Positions 9,582 through 19,494 of a stretch of DNA of 64,000 nucleotides are shown here, one piece after another (position 1 is the first letter of the stretch; every line of letters begins with the position of its first letter). A program made the translations under genes and the position numbers. The stretch comes from a bacterium (GTDB lineage Bacteria; Zhuqueibacterota; Zhuqueibacteria; Residuimicrobiales; Krinioviventaceae). Location: assembly GCA_963693055.1 (NCBI GenBank), contig OY843751.1, forward strand, positions 3,616,001-3,680,000, written 5' to 3'. Below the pieces are notes generated by a model. The model was not told the DNA's origin. It did no database searches and saw only the letters and a program-made list of their open reading frames with translations.

Positions 9582-12500
9582 TTAAAAGTCCACCTTTAAA
9601 CCAAACCATATCTGTCTCTGTTCACCATACATCAGAAAAGTTCTATCAGGATCGTTGATATAAGGCTTGTCATCAGATCTCAAGTCTCCGGGTTTGTCAT
9701 CACCGGCAATGTATTGGCCAGGATTGAGTTCACGCAGTTTATCAAATTCAGGTGAATCATACATGGGCAAATGTAATGATCTGAGATATTTGTTTGTATC
9801 ATCGCCATTCGAAAATGGATAACCATAAGCCATCAGGTTGACTTTGTAATTGAATACATTGTCAACATCCATATAGAATGTAAAATTGGTATGTTTGGCG
9901 GTAAAGGTTTTGCTGAGACGCATATCGACCATAAAATAATCTGGCCAGTTCATATTGTCTTCAAGATGAAGTTTGCTCAATGGGTTCCAGGTAAAGAATT
10001 CACCTTTTCTCCATGTGGGTAAAATACTGAGATGGAAATCACTCAATACATGATTACCTGCAACTTGAGGACCGAATTCAGCAGGAGTATGGAAAATAAT
10101 ATTTGCAGTAAAATCAGGTTGTGGTTTTGGACGAGATTCATCACCCTGGTACAAACCTTCCTGATCACTCATTACATTATCTTCGGTAATCATACTACGA
10201 CCGGTAGTACCGCTTTTTGTAATCATGTAACGGAAATTCAACCAACCGGAAATCCAGGTACCTGTCTGCTTGGTAATAGTTAATTCAACACCTTGAATAT
10301 CTTCATAATTGTTGTTTGCTCTGTAATCATAATTTAACAAACCAGAAGTATCTCTGTAATTGATATCACCATGCTGACCGGTAATATCTTTATAAAAACC
10401 AGCCACGTGTACCAAATATTGATCAACCAGATTATAATCTACACCCAATTCGTAAGCAATTGTTCTGGGTGGTTCAAGATTGGGATTACCCAATTCTTCC
10501 AAATTATTTTTGCTTGAATTACGATAGTGGTTCAAAAACATTTTTGAATAAGGAACGGTTGAACGGAAATGTCCATAGTTGAAATAGATTTTTGAACGGT
10601 CAGTTACTGGAAAAGAAACACCTAAACGTGGACTGATAGAGAGATGGTTCTCAATATCTTTGAACAATTCAGGATGATCTTTGGCATATTCATCCAATTG
10701 TGCCCAAATATGTGATTCACGATCTTGCAACATACCGATCAAAGTATCAGAATCTTTTACTTCCCAGGCTTCTGTAGCAAACAAATCGCCATCAGGCCAT
10801 TGGCCGCCGCCAGAGTTGTAATAATCCATACGCAAACCAATGTTTGCAACCATACCCTCAAACGTCAATTGATCTTGAATATATGCACCAAACTGTTTGG
10901 GTTTTCTATGATAAGCAAATTCAAAGGTATTATTGACATATGCAGGTCTTTCTTTCCACTGGAACATATCAATATCAAAATAATTATATTCAATACCGGT
11001 TTTCAGATAGTTGTGATCTGTAACCTGGCTGCCCAAATGGAATTTAACACGGTATTGCTGTTCTTTAGAATCATCATACAAGTTACCACCTTTATTACCA
11101 AAACGTTCTGAAACACCTGGCACTTGTTCATAATAATTCCATTCCCAATCTTCAACATAATAACTGCTTTCAGCAGAGTAACGACCATAAGGCATCTCTG
11201 TAACTGAAATTGGGCCGAAACGTGCTTTAACATCGGTATTACGGGTATCTTCCGGGTAAGATTTATTATTACTTGCCATATAACTCATTGTCAATTCCCA
11301 GAAAGTTTTGGGACTGAGAATATGGTTCAAAGTAATACCACCCATTTTTGTGTAAACATCCATTGCAGTATAATAAGTAGGATACAACCAATAAGCAGTT
11401 CCATCACCTACCCAAGTGTTAAGGTTATTAACTCTCATCAAACCACCACGGCCATCACCACTAGGAACATCACCAGCTGCAGAACGGCTTGGGCTTACAC
11501 CAGCAATTTTGCGATAAAAGCCATTGGCTTTTAAAGACAGGTTGTCAGTAATATTGGATTTTACCGTTAACATGGTCATAGTTGTAAATTCATTATCACG
11601 TATGACGGGTTGAGTATAGTAGTATTTCGAAGTCTGGTTAGACAAATAAAAAGTAGCATTTCCCAACGCTTTGCTAACTAGTGGAACAGGGCCACCAAAA
11701 CCAGCATCAAACTGATAATCAGAAGAAGAACCCTCTTCATCGTGAGCATGATCAATTAAAGCTTGTTGCAGATTAGAAGGAACACTGTAACCGGCAGCAC
11801 TTAACGCATTAAAATCCGGAACAGCCTGGAACATCCACGCAGAAGCCAAGTATAAATCAAGAGGAGTGACTTGATCCGCAGGATCTTTACCAGCGTTATA
11901 ACTTTCTGCCTGCGCGTTCCATCCGCTGAATGTACGGAATTGCTCCTGCATATTACTATCACCGGCCCATCCTGCAGCAGTACCTACAAATGCTACCTGA
12001 GGATCGTAGTAAGAACGGAGCAGCCAGTTATTTGTGTCATAAGCAGATTGGCCAAACCGTTTAGGAGAACCGGTTGACATTGAATAATTCAATTGTCCAT
12101 GATATTTCGGAGAGCCATCCTTGGTTACTACATTGATAAGACCAGAACGAAAGTTACCATATTCTGCGTTAAAACCACCGGTCAAAACAGATACCTGCTC
12201 AATTGCGCTGAGCGGTATTGTAGATTGCGCGTTACCCAAGGTAGCGTCAACAAAAGTTAGTCCATTGATCATGGTACCAGTCTGGTCAGCTGAGCCTCCG
12301 CGAATTCCCAAATTTTCAGCATCTGTAATACCAGCCTGTTTTGACAAAAAATCGCCAACAGAACGAACACCCGCGGCATCTTCAATCAGCTCACCAGTGA
12401 TTACCTGTTGACTATTAGATACGTCTTTTTGAAGGATTTGACGATCAGCAACTACGGTTACCTCCTGCCCCTCAATAACGGCAGTCTGTAAATCGAAATT

Positions 12501-12827
12501 TACTGTACGGATTTGGTCAAGAGAAATTAAAACATTTGTTTTGATTAATTTTGTATACCCCATCATTGATGCTTCAACATTGTAGGTTCCAACCGGAATG
12601 TTCACAATTGAAAAACGACCTTCAATATTTGTTGCGGCCCCTATCATGGTGCCTTGAATGGTAACATTTGCTCCAGGTAATACTTCCTGAGTTTCAGCAT
12701 CCCGAACGATACCAGTAAGTCTACCGGTTGTTTGGGCATGCAAAGAGAAAGAAATCAGCAGCAATAGAAATACTGAAGCCAACTTCATTTGAAAATGTTT
12801 GGAAATTAATCGAGTTATCATTCCCAT
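9582..12827 (-). CDS. TonB-dependent receptor with N-terminal carboxypeptidase-regulatory-like domain (non-SusC type)
   Basis: GRLTGIVRDAETQEVLPGANV, plug motifs IRGG and GGFNAEYG..SGLINVVTK, SPRLGVSFPVTD, GNPNL.P, C-terminal FGLKVDF. Confidence 0.92.
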   Translation of the reverse strand: MGMITRLISKHFQMKLASVFLLLLISFSLHAQTTGRLTGIVRDAETQEVLPGANVTIQGTMIGAATNIEGRFSIVNIPVGTYNVEASMMGYTKLIKTNVLISLDQIRTVNFDLQTAVIEGQEVTVVADRQILQKDVSNSQQVITGELIEDAAGVRSVGDFLSKQAGITDAENLGIRGGSADQTGTMINGLTFVDATLGNAQSTIPLSAIEQVSVLTGGFNAEYGNFRSGLINVVTKDGSPKYHGQLNYSMSTGSPKRFGQSAYDTNNWLLRSYYDPQVAFVGTAAGWAGDSNMQEQFRTFSGWNAQAESYNAGKDPADQVTPLDLYLASAWMFQAVPDFNALSAAGYSVPSNLQQALIDHAHDEEGSSSDYQFDAGFGGPVPLVSKALGNATFYLSNQTSKYYYTQPVIRDNEFTTMTMLTVKSNITDNLSLKANGFYRKIAGVSPSRSAAGDVPSGDGRGGLMRVNNLNTWVGDGTAYWLYPTYYTAMDVYTKMGGITLNHILSPKTFWELTMSYMASNNKSYPEDTRNTDVKARFGPISVTEMPYGRYSAESSYYVEDWEWNYYEQVPGVSERFGNKGGNLYDDSKEQQYRVKFHLGSQVTDHNYLKTGIEYNYFDIDMFQWKERPAYVNNTFEFAYHRKPKQFGAYIQDQLTFEGMVANIGLRMDYYNSGGGQWPDGDLFATEAWEVKDSDTLIGMLQDRESHIWAQLDEYAKDHPELFKDIENHLSISPRLGVSFPVTDRSKIYFNYGHFRSTVPYSKMFLNHYRNSSKNNLEELGNPNLEPPRTIAYELGVDYNLVDQYLVHVAGFYKDITGQHGDINYRDTSGLLNYDYRANNNYEDIQGVELTITKQTGTWISGWLNFRYMITKSGTTGRSMITEDNVMSDQEGLYQGDESRPKPQPDFTANIIFHTPAEFGPQVAGNHVLSDFHLSILPTWRKGEFFTWNPLSKLHLEDNMNWPDYFMVDMRLSKTFTAKHTNFTFYMDVDNVFNYKVNLMAYGYPFSNGDDTNKYLRSLHLPMYDSPEFDKLRELNPGQYIAGDDKPGDLRSDDKPYINDPDRTFLMYGEQRQIWFGLKVDF

Positions 12828-12882
12828 CTCCTTTTAATTATTGTCAAAATGGATTATTTGTTGCATGCATGTAATGTTGGAA

Positions 12883-13022
12883 ATCACCTCCTTTTGCTAT
12901 TTTATTTTTTACATTTTTAGGTTTTACTGCTGTTGCTATCTTCCTATTCAGCAACAGCAGTAAATATATGTAGTATAAATACTGCCTTAGCTAATCCTGC
13001 TCCAAAAATCAGGAGCAGGATT
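12883..13022 (-). promoter_or_regulatory. Structured 5' leader of the TBDR operon: two hairpins and an orphan extended Shine-Dalgarno
   Basis: 15-bp perfect stem (12923-12937/12950-12964), 11-bp perfect stem (12993-13003/13012-13022), and AAAGGAGGTGAT at 12894-12883 on the minus strand. Confidence 0.5.
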
Positions 13023-13193
13023 TAGGGTAAAGGAGACGTTCAACTGCCACGAGAAATGATAATTGGGTAGTATTATCCAAATGACAACTTAAACGTTATA
13101 GTAGGAATTTTGTGTTTTTTGGGGATTTTATCAACGCCAGATCACGTATTTCTTTCACCAAAATGCGAATTGTTAAATGAGGGGAAATTTGGT

Positions 13194-13235
13194 AAAAAAA
13201 CAAATGTGTGCGGTAAAATTAATTACCGCACACAT
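13194..13235 (-). terminator. Probable intrinsic terminator downstream of the xylR-like gene
   Basis: 13-bp inverted repeat ATGTGTGCGGTAA / TTACCGCACACAT, followed by TTGTTTTTTT on the minus strand. Confidence 0.65.
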
Positions 13236-13366
13236 GTTACATTTTAACATAACATGTTAATTATATTAAAAATAGACTACAATGGCCCAAAATTAGAAGA
13301 AAAATGAACAAGCTACTGAATATATATTCAGTACAATATTTTACCAATTTACGCACACTTGACAGT

Positions 13367-14539
13367 TTACAATTTTTTACAAGTATGCTCTTTTCTAAAT
13401 TCCAGAGGAGTCATACCCACCATGTCCCGAAAATATCGAGAAATATGAGCTACATCCGGAAAATCCAACTGACATGCGATTTCTGTTATAGTCATATCAG
13501 ATTCTACTAACAATTTTCGTATTCGTAAAATACGTGCTTGTTTTATTTCAAAATGCACTGATCTGTCAAGTTCACGTCTGAATTTCTTTTCAAGTTGACG
13601 CCTTGATATTGCTACAGCACGCGCAACCTGATCAACTTTGAGTGCCTTTTGATTATGTTGATGTATATATTTCACTGCCTGTGCTACAGTCTCATCCTGC
13701 ACTGTTAGAATATTAGATGATTGCCGAACAATGACTTTTACCGGTTGTATAGATACAAGATTATCCTCATCTTTTTTTCCATTAATCCAGTTGGCTAATT
13801 TTTGAGCTGCTTCATAACCAGATTTTTCCAAATCAAGTTGAATACTGGATATAGGAGGATACGATGTATCGCAAAGGGTTATATCATTCCCAACACCTAA
13901 TATTGCAACATCATCGGGCACACGCATTCCTGCAATTTTTGATGCTTCAACAAGCTGTGCTGCCCTGTCATCATTACATGCCATAATAGCAACAGGTTTG
14001 GGTAACGATTCTAACCATTGCGCAATTAATGTAGGTTCTTCAAACCATGCAGCATGACTATTATTCAAAGGCGGCGTATAAAAACGAATATCATATCCGG
14101 CATCAATTATAGCTTGTGAATACCCCAATTCCCGCTCCAGAGACCACCACCATTCATTAAAACCGCAAAAAGCAAAATGCTTGAAACCACGCTCCAGCAT
14201 GTGCTTTGCGCCCATTTCTCCAATAGCCTTATGATCTGCAACAATATTTATAACATCATTAATTTTACGTTTAGAATAAGGAGCACTAATAATTGGAATA
14301 CCTGATTTCACATATTCTTCAAGATTCTCGGGTTCGCGCAGAAAAACACCCTGAACCATTTTCGAATGAACCATGTCCATTAAATGTGAATTTCTTTCGG
14401 AATTACGATAATCAAATGACCGACATATAGCCCAATCGTGCGCACAGGATTTTGCATACTCGGTAAATCCTTGTATTAACCCAAATGTATACTTTCTCTT
14501 GGGTTGAATTAACAATAAAATATTTTTTAAATTTTCCAT
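13367..14539 (-). CDS. XylR-type regulator (periplasmic-binding-protein-like sensor + AraC HTH)
   Basis: WLESLPKPVAIMACND, VPDDVAILGV, VRQSS, and a C-terminal AraC HTH (SRRQLEKKF...ITEIA...GMTPLEFR). Confidence 0.9.
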   Translation of the reverse strand: MENLKNILLLIQPKRKYTFGLIQGFTEYAKSCAHDWAICRSFDYRNSERNSHLMDMVHSKMVQGVFLREPENLEEYVKSGIPIISAPYSKRKINDVINIVADHKAIGEMGAKHMLERGFKHFAFCGFNEWWWSLERELGYSQAIIDAGYDIRFYTPPLNNSHAAWFEEPTLIAQWLESLPKPVAIMACNDDRAAQLVEASKIAGMRVPDDVAILGVGNDITLCDTSYPPISSIQLDLEKSGYEAAQKLANWINGKKDEDNLVSIQPVKVIVRQSSNILTVQDETVAQAVKYIHQHNQKALKVDQVARAVAISRRQLEKKFRRELDRSVHFEIKQARILRIRKLLVESDMTITEIACQLDFPDVAHISRYFRDMVGMTPLEFRKEHTCKKL

Positions 14540-14572
14540 AATCGTTCTGCTTTAATTATTCTAGAAACCGTT

Positions 14573-16123
14573 TTAAATATCGCAAGTTATTGATGATAGC
14601 TCTAACTGTCTGGCAACCAATTTTTTATCAACATAAACAGACAATCCTTTCCCGTGTTCGTATTTTTTTCCAGATTCATCCCAAATAATTGTCAAAAGAT
14701 GACCGCGAACTTTTAAATTATCCAAACAAAACCAATCCCACTCACTGGCAGGCAAAAGTGGTGAAATAACAACTTTATTTTTTTGAGCTTGTAAACCAAC
14801 AAGACCAGATATAACCAGATCACAAAAAGTTGAATGATTGTAAAAGATACTTCGCGGGTTATCTCCCTTTAGCCACTCTCCGGTAGTTTCATCCTGATAT
14901 TCTCCAATATATGGATATCCATTCTTTTGATGGGAATGGGCATAAACTTTTAAAGCATCAAAAAAATGCTTTCCTGACATTGAATGGTTTTTGTAATGAT
15001 GCAATAAATTTGACAATCCCTTCAACGTCTGAGAGGTTGCAAATGGCCAAATGGCCCCATCCCACTCACAACTTCCGGTTCCATGCGTTCTAAACCGGGG
15101 ATGTCTTCTCTCTGCGGTTGTTAAACCCCATGGGGCTGAAAATCCCTGCTCATCCAGAATCTGGTTCCATGCCTGGGCATATTGCTGCTCATCATAGACC
15201 AGGTCAAACATCCAGGGGATGTAACCAATCTCTTCTCTTGCATCAGACAGAATGCCATCTGTAAAACGTACTTTGAAAAAATTGGCATCAGAATCCCAAA
15301 GATTTTCATGAACCATTTTTTTTATATGCTCTGCCCTTTCCTCAAAAATATGAACAATGTCCTGACGCTTTGCTAACCTTCCAATTTCAGCAATAGCCAA
15401 AGCATTGGCATACATATAACTATTGATTGTAGGACGCGCATTCTGATCACTTCGTGAGCCGCTTATAGATTCTTCCATACCATCTTTAACATCGTGCTGC
15501 CAAAACAGCCCCGAATCCAGTAAACGCTCATCTTCCCAACGCTCATAATCTTTAATAAAAACATCCAACAGATCAACTACAAAACTAGTGTCACCATTGA
15601 CTAAAAATCGCTGATAGATTGCATCAGGTACCCAACTACTAAACTGGTGAATATGCTGCTGAGGGTCTCCATTATTTTTCCTGAACCAAAATTGGATATA
15701 TTGATCAATATATTGATCATCTCTTAGCCATCTGCCCTCTGCAATATGGTGCCCTAACGCACAACTAATTGTATTGTATTTGCCGGCATGTTTGACAGGG
15801 GTAATAAATTCAGTAAATACAAATCCATCAAGAGTTTGTTTGAGATGTTTTCTAAATGTCCACCAACGATAATAATAAATTTTTTCTATTTCTTTATCAG
15901 GACATTCAAACAAGGGGATATTATGGCCAAGCCAGGTTAGAGCGCTTTCATCAGGAATGAAATTGACTATAGCTTCTGTGTTGGTTTTATTAAATTCATG
16001 AATATATTGAGAAAAAAAAGAAGAATCCAGAACAGAGCCAGACAACTCTGCTGACTCTTTAAATTGAGTGCAGGAAGTAAAAGAAATACTGAAAACTATC
16101 AAGATCATCCAAACAAACCGCAT
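14573..16123 (-). CDS. MGH1/GH63-like (alpha/alpha)6 glycoside hydrolase, possibly GH142-like beta-L-arabinofuranosidase; lipoprotein
   Basis: Lipobox FTSC. NIPLFECPD..IYYYRWW, GHHI.EGRW, DGMEESISG, CEWDGAIWPFATSQTL and YNHSTFCDL. The GH142 assignment is recalled similarity and unverified. Confidence 0.7.
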   Translation of the reverse strand: MRFVWMILIVFSISFTSCTQFKESAELSGSVLDSSFFSQYIHEFNKTNTEAIVNFIPDESALTWLGHNIPLFECPDKEIEKIYYYRWWTFRKHLKQTLDGFVFTEFITPVKHAGKYNTISCALGHHIAEGRWLRDDQYIDQYIQFWFRKNNGDPQQHIHQFSSWVPDAIYQRFLVNGDTSFVVDLLDVFIKDYERWEDERLLDSGLFWQHDVKDGMEESISGSRSDQNARPTINSYMYANALAIAEIGRLAKRQDIVHIFEERAEHIKKMVHENLWDSDANFFKVRFTDGILSDAREEIGYIPWMFDLVYDEQQYAQAWNQILDEQGFSAPWGLTTAERRHPRFRTHGTGSCEWDGAIWPFATSQTLKGLSNLLHHYKNHSMSGKHFFDALKVYAHSHQKNGYPYIGEYQDETTGEWLKGDNPRSIFYNHSTFCDLVISGLVGLQAQKNKVVISPLLPASEWDWFCLDNLKVRGHLLTIIWDESGKKYEHGKGLSVYVDKKLVARQLELSSITCDI

Positions 16124-16140
16124 AATCTTTTCCTACTCTG

Positions 16141-17151
16141 TTATGACCCACAAGAACGGCGAATCACAAGCTTGGTTTTTAATACTACATGGACCGTTGG
16201 CCGGTCATTATTCTCAATACGCTGAAACAACATTTCAGCAGCGCGCCTGCCAATTTCATAACCGGGTTGGCTAACAGCGGTCAAAGGGGGATTTAAAGAA
16301 TTGGCCCAATACATATCATCAAATCCGACAATTGCGATATCATTGGGTATATTTAAATTTAATTGATGTATACTCTCAAAGGCTCCCAGAGTCAACAGAT
16401 TATTACCTGTAAACAAAGCCGTAGGAGGATTTTTCATTTGCAGCAATTCTTTAGTTAGCTGTTGTCCACTGTCACGTTTTGAATCGCTAAACTTTACCAA
16501 TGTTTCATCATAATCAATACCAAAATCCTGCAGAGCTTGTTTGTATCCATCCAAACGCTGCCTGCTTGTTGGTATACGTATTAATCCGGATATAAAACCA
16601 ATATGTCGATGTCCCAAATCAATCAATAATTTTGTAGCATCATAAGCGCCTTTAAAATTATCAACAACAACAGCATCAACGTCAATGTCGTTCAATCCTC
16701 TATCTACACAGACAATTGGTAAACCACGTTTTACAAGCTCAATAATGGTTTCATCATGTTCATCAAGTGGGGCTGCAATAAGCCCATCGACAGATTCAGA
16801 TTTGAGGATATCAAGATAAAGTTTTTCACGTTTTTCGCTTTGTGAAAAATTACTGGCCAATACAGCATATTCATTATCATAAGCTGTATCTTCAATACCT
16901 TGTAAAACATCAATATAAAATGGATTTTGAATATCAGGAATTACAATACCAATAATATTGCTTTTCTTTTGTTGATGTCGAAGACGTTGCGCAGTACGAC
17001 TGGGGATATAATTAAGAGAATGTATCACTTTTTCAACTTTTTTACGGGTTTCAATACTTACACTGGTATCATTGTTCAAAACACGCGATACCGTAGCAGT
17101 TGAAACGCCCGCTTTATAAGCAACATCTCTTAATTTGACCATAATTGACAT
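16141..17151 (-). CDS. LacI-family transcriptional regulator
   Basis: LRDVAYKAGVSTATVSRVLN HTH, IAIVGFDD, PPLTAVSQP, LVIRRS. The start may be ATG 17142. Confidence 0.95.
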   Translation of the reverse strand: MSIMVKLRDVAYKAGVSTATVSRVLNNDTSVSIETRKKVEKVIHSLNYIPSRTAQRLRHQQKKSNIIGIVIPDIQNPFYIDVLQGIEDTAYDNEYAVLASNFSQSEKREKLYLDILKSESVDGLIAAPLDEHDETIIELVKRGLPIVCVDRGLNDIDVDAVVVDNFKGAYDATKLLIDLGHRHIGFISGLIRIPTSRQRLDGYKQALQDFGIDYDETLVKFSDSKRDSGQQLTKELLQMKNPPTALFTGNNLLTLGAFESIHQLNLNIPNDIAIVGFDDMYWANSLNPPLTAVSQPGYEIGRRAAEMLFQRIENNDRPTVHVVLKTKLVIRRSCGS

Positions 17152-17322
17152 CGATTACATTTTGTTTTTACATAACTTACAGCAAAACAGGATCAATTGT
17201 ATGAAAATGTTTACATTATAATTTACATTTTTTCTAATAGAAATCAAGTAAAAAATATTATGGGCATTTTTTAATGAGATAATTAACAGGTATGAATTTA
17301 AGAGGTCATAACAATTGGCCAT

Positions 17323-17352
17323 AAACAAAAATAGCCCCTTTTGGGGGGCTAT
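17323..17352 (-). terminator. Terminator after tRNA-Met
   Basis: ATAGCCCC/GGGGCTAT stem followed by TTTTGTTT on the minus strand. Confidence 0.75.
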
Positions 17353-17358
17353 AATATG

Positions 17359-17432
17359 TAGCGGCGCAGGGATTCGAACCCCGGACACTCGGATTATGAT
17401 TCCGATGCTCTAACCAACTGAGCTACGCCGCC
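17359..17432 (-). tRNA. tRNA-Met(CAT), elongator type
   Basis: Reverse complement is GGCGGCGTAGCTCAGTTGGTTAGAGCATCGGAATCATAATCCGAGTGTCCGGGGTTCGAATCCCTGCGCCGCTA, a cloverleaf with anticodon CAT. CCA is not encoded. tRNA-Ile2 is not fully excluded. Confidence 0.93.
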
Positions 17433-17506
17433 GTTCTAACAAAGCCGATAAATATAATAATCTCTGTTAAAACTTGCAAGTAAAATTTTTAATTCATAAC
17501 CCAATA

Positions 17507-18124
17507 TTATAAATTTTTTAGCTGCAACAAGCTTATGGCAGACCAAGTCTCAACCGAGCTGTTCGAGTTTGTAACAATCTCTTCCAAATCAGTTACTGGT
17601 TTGTACCCACCCCAAGCAATTTCTGCATCTTTGGGTTTGATGATTTTCGATGATGTTCGAAGTAAATACAGAATACCAAAATGCACCTGTCCTACTTCTG
17701 TTTCATCATCATTTATATATCCTAAAACAATAGGTTTATCAAATTTATCTATAAATATCTCTTCATCTACTTCACGCAGCATACTGGCAATTACAGGATC
17801 GCTATCTTCCGAATCAATTTTATCAATGTGACCACCTATCCCCCACGACCATTTGCCACGCAATCTTTCCTCAGTATAAGTATCTTTTGATGCCCGCTGA
17901 TAGGCAAAAACATCACCGGTATCTTTATTCATAATGATACAATAGGCAATGGGTTGTTTTAGCTGCGGGGTATTTTCTGCAATACCGCGCTTTTTGTAAT
18001 AATAATTCTCATTTATGATCTGCTTATAATCAATACCGTCAGCGGGAGCAAATCCCTGAAAATAGCCCTTGGCAAACAATGTTGCCCGGTCAACTACCAT
18101 AATTTCTTTTTCAAACTTGTCCAA
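17507..18124 (-). CDS. Predicted NUDIX-family phosphoesterase (YmaB-like)
   Basis: KQPIAY, EERLRGKWSWGIGGHID, REVDEE Nudix-like box, GYINDD..VGQVHFG and ETWS. TTG start. Confidence 0.8.
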   Translation of the reverse strand: MDKFEKEIMVVDRATLFAKGYFQGFAPADGIDYKQIINENYYYKKRGIAENTPQLKQPIAYCIIMNKDTGDVFAYQRASKDTYTEERLRGKWSWGIGGHIDKIDSEDSDPVIASMLREVDEEIFIDKFDKPIVLGYINDDETEVGQVHFGILYLLRTSSKIIKPKDAEIAWGGYKPVTDLEEIVTNSNSSVETWSAISLLQLKNL

Positions 18125-18142
18125 AACAATCTCGTTTCTTTT

Positions 18143-19465
18143 TTATTTTCCCAACAATTCTTTACGACGATCTTCAAATCCCGGTTTACCTAGCAATGCA
18201 AACATGTTTTGCTTGTATGCTTCTACACCCGGTTGATCAAAAGGATTGATTTCCAAAAGTAAACCGCTAACAGCAACAGCAAATTCAAAAAAGTAAAACA
18301 GTTGTCCCAACGTATATTCGGTTCTATCAGCGAGCGAAATATTCATATTAGGGACATTTCCGGCAGCGTGGGCCAAAGCGGTACCTCGATATGCCTGATA
18401 ATTAACGTCAGAAAGATCCATACCAGCTAGAAAATTCATCCCATCCAGATTTTCCTCAACTTTAGGAACAGCTATTTTAGTTCGCATATTTTCAATGGTT
18501 AAAAAGGTTTCAAACAAATTACGTTCACCATCTTGAATGTATTGTCCCATCGAGTGCAAGTCAGTTGTAAACACGGTACTTGCAGGAAATATTCCTTTAC
18601 CGTCTTTTCCTTCACTTTCACCGTACAACTGCTTCCACCATTCTCCCACATATTGCAAAGAGGGATCAAATGCAGACAAGACTTCAATGGTCTTGCCGGA
18701 TTTGTAGAGCAAATACCTCGCGGCTGCATAAGTTAATACGGGATTGCCCAGAACATCCTGGTTATTTCTACAAAACGCTGCCGCATCTTTTGCACCCGCC
18801 AACAATGCATCAACATCATATCCTGCTGCGGCAATCGGTAACAGCCCAACCGGTGTAAGAACGGAAAAGCGACCGCCTACATCATCGGGTATTACAAACG
18901 AACGAAAACCTTCAGCGTCAGCCATTGTTCGTAGTGCCCCTTGAGATTGATCTGTAGTTGCAACAACTCGCCTGCTGAATTCAGCTTTTGACAAACCAGA
19001 TTTTAATGCATCAAGCAGAATTCTAAAAGCAACACCGGGTTCGGTTGTGGTGCCGGATTTTGAAATCACATTTACATAGCATTTTTTGTTTTGGATAAAA
19101 TCAATCAGGTCATTCATATAATCTGCACTTAGATTGTGCCCCAAGTACAATACCTTATTGTTCGTAGTCAAAGGCTCAGACAAAAAGTCAATAGTAGCTC
19201 GGGCACCCAAATAACTACCACCAATTCCAATACAAATCACATGATCAGCATTATCTTTTATTTCCTGGGCAATACTTTCAATATCCTCAATTTCTTTCAA
19301 ACTTACATTATCAGGCAGATCAACCCAACCTAAAAAATCATTTCCGGCACAGGTTTTATCGTAAATACTTTGAGTAACATTTGCAATTAAAGACTGTAAA
19401 GCCTTCAAATCTTTTTGCGTTACATGGTCCTTTAACAGTCCAATATCTAATTTCAAATTTTTCAT
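18143..19465 (-). CDS. pgi: Glucose-6-phosphate isomerase
   Basis: GIGGSYLG, SKSGTTTE, DVGGRFSVLT, WKQLYGESEGK, DLHSMGQ, FDQPGVEAYK. Start ATG 19465 has GGAG upstream. Confidence 0.97.
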   Translation of the reverse strand: MKNLKLDIGLLKDHVTQKDLKALQSLIANVTQSIYDKTCAGNDFLGWVDLPDNVSLKEIEDIESIAQEIKDNADHVICIGIGGSYLGARATIDFLSEPLTTNNKVLYLGHNLSADYMNDLIDFIQNKKCYVNVISKSGTTTEPGVAFRILLDALKSGLSKAEFSRRVVATTDQSQGALRTMADAEGFRSFVIPDDVGGRFSVLTPVGLLPIAAAGYDVDALLAGAKDAAAFCRNNQDVLGNPVLTYAAARYLLYKSGKTIEVLSAFDPSLQYVGEWWKQLYGESEGKDGKGIFPASTVFTTDLHSMGQYIQDGERNLFETFLTIENMRTKIAVPKVEENLDGMNFLAGMDLSDVNYQAYRGTALAHAAGNVPNMNISLADRTEYTLGQLFYFFEFAVAVSGLLLEINPFDQPGVEAYKQNMFALLGKPGFEDRRKELLGK

Positions 19466-19494
19466 TATATACTCCGATATCAAATAAATAATAA

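Noticed and set aside
12883-12894. ATCACCTCCTTT, identical to the 16S rRNA 3' end
   Set aside because: No other rRNA sequence surrounds it, so it is read as an SD-like element on the minus strand rather than an rRNA gene.
17155-17388. 77-aa ORF overlapping tRNA-Met
   Set aside because: It overlaps the tRNA and its terminator and has no protein features.
17152-17432. PUL as a genomic island integrated at tRNA-Met
   Set aside because: No integrase, no duplicated tRNA end and no obvious compositional shift is visible in the window.
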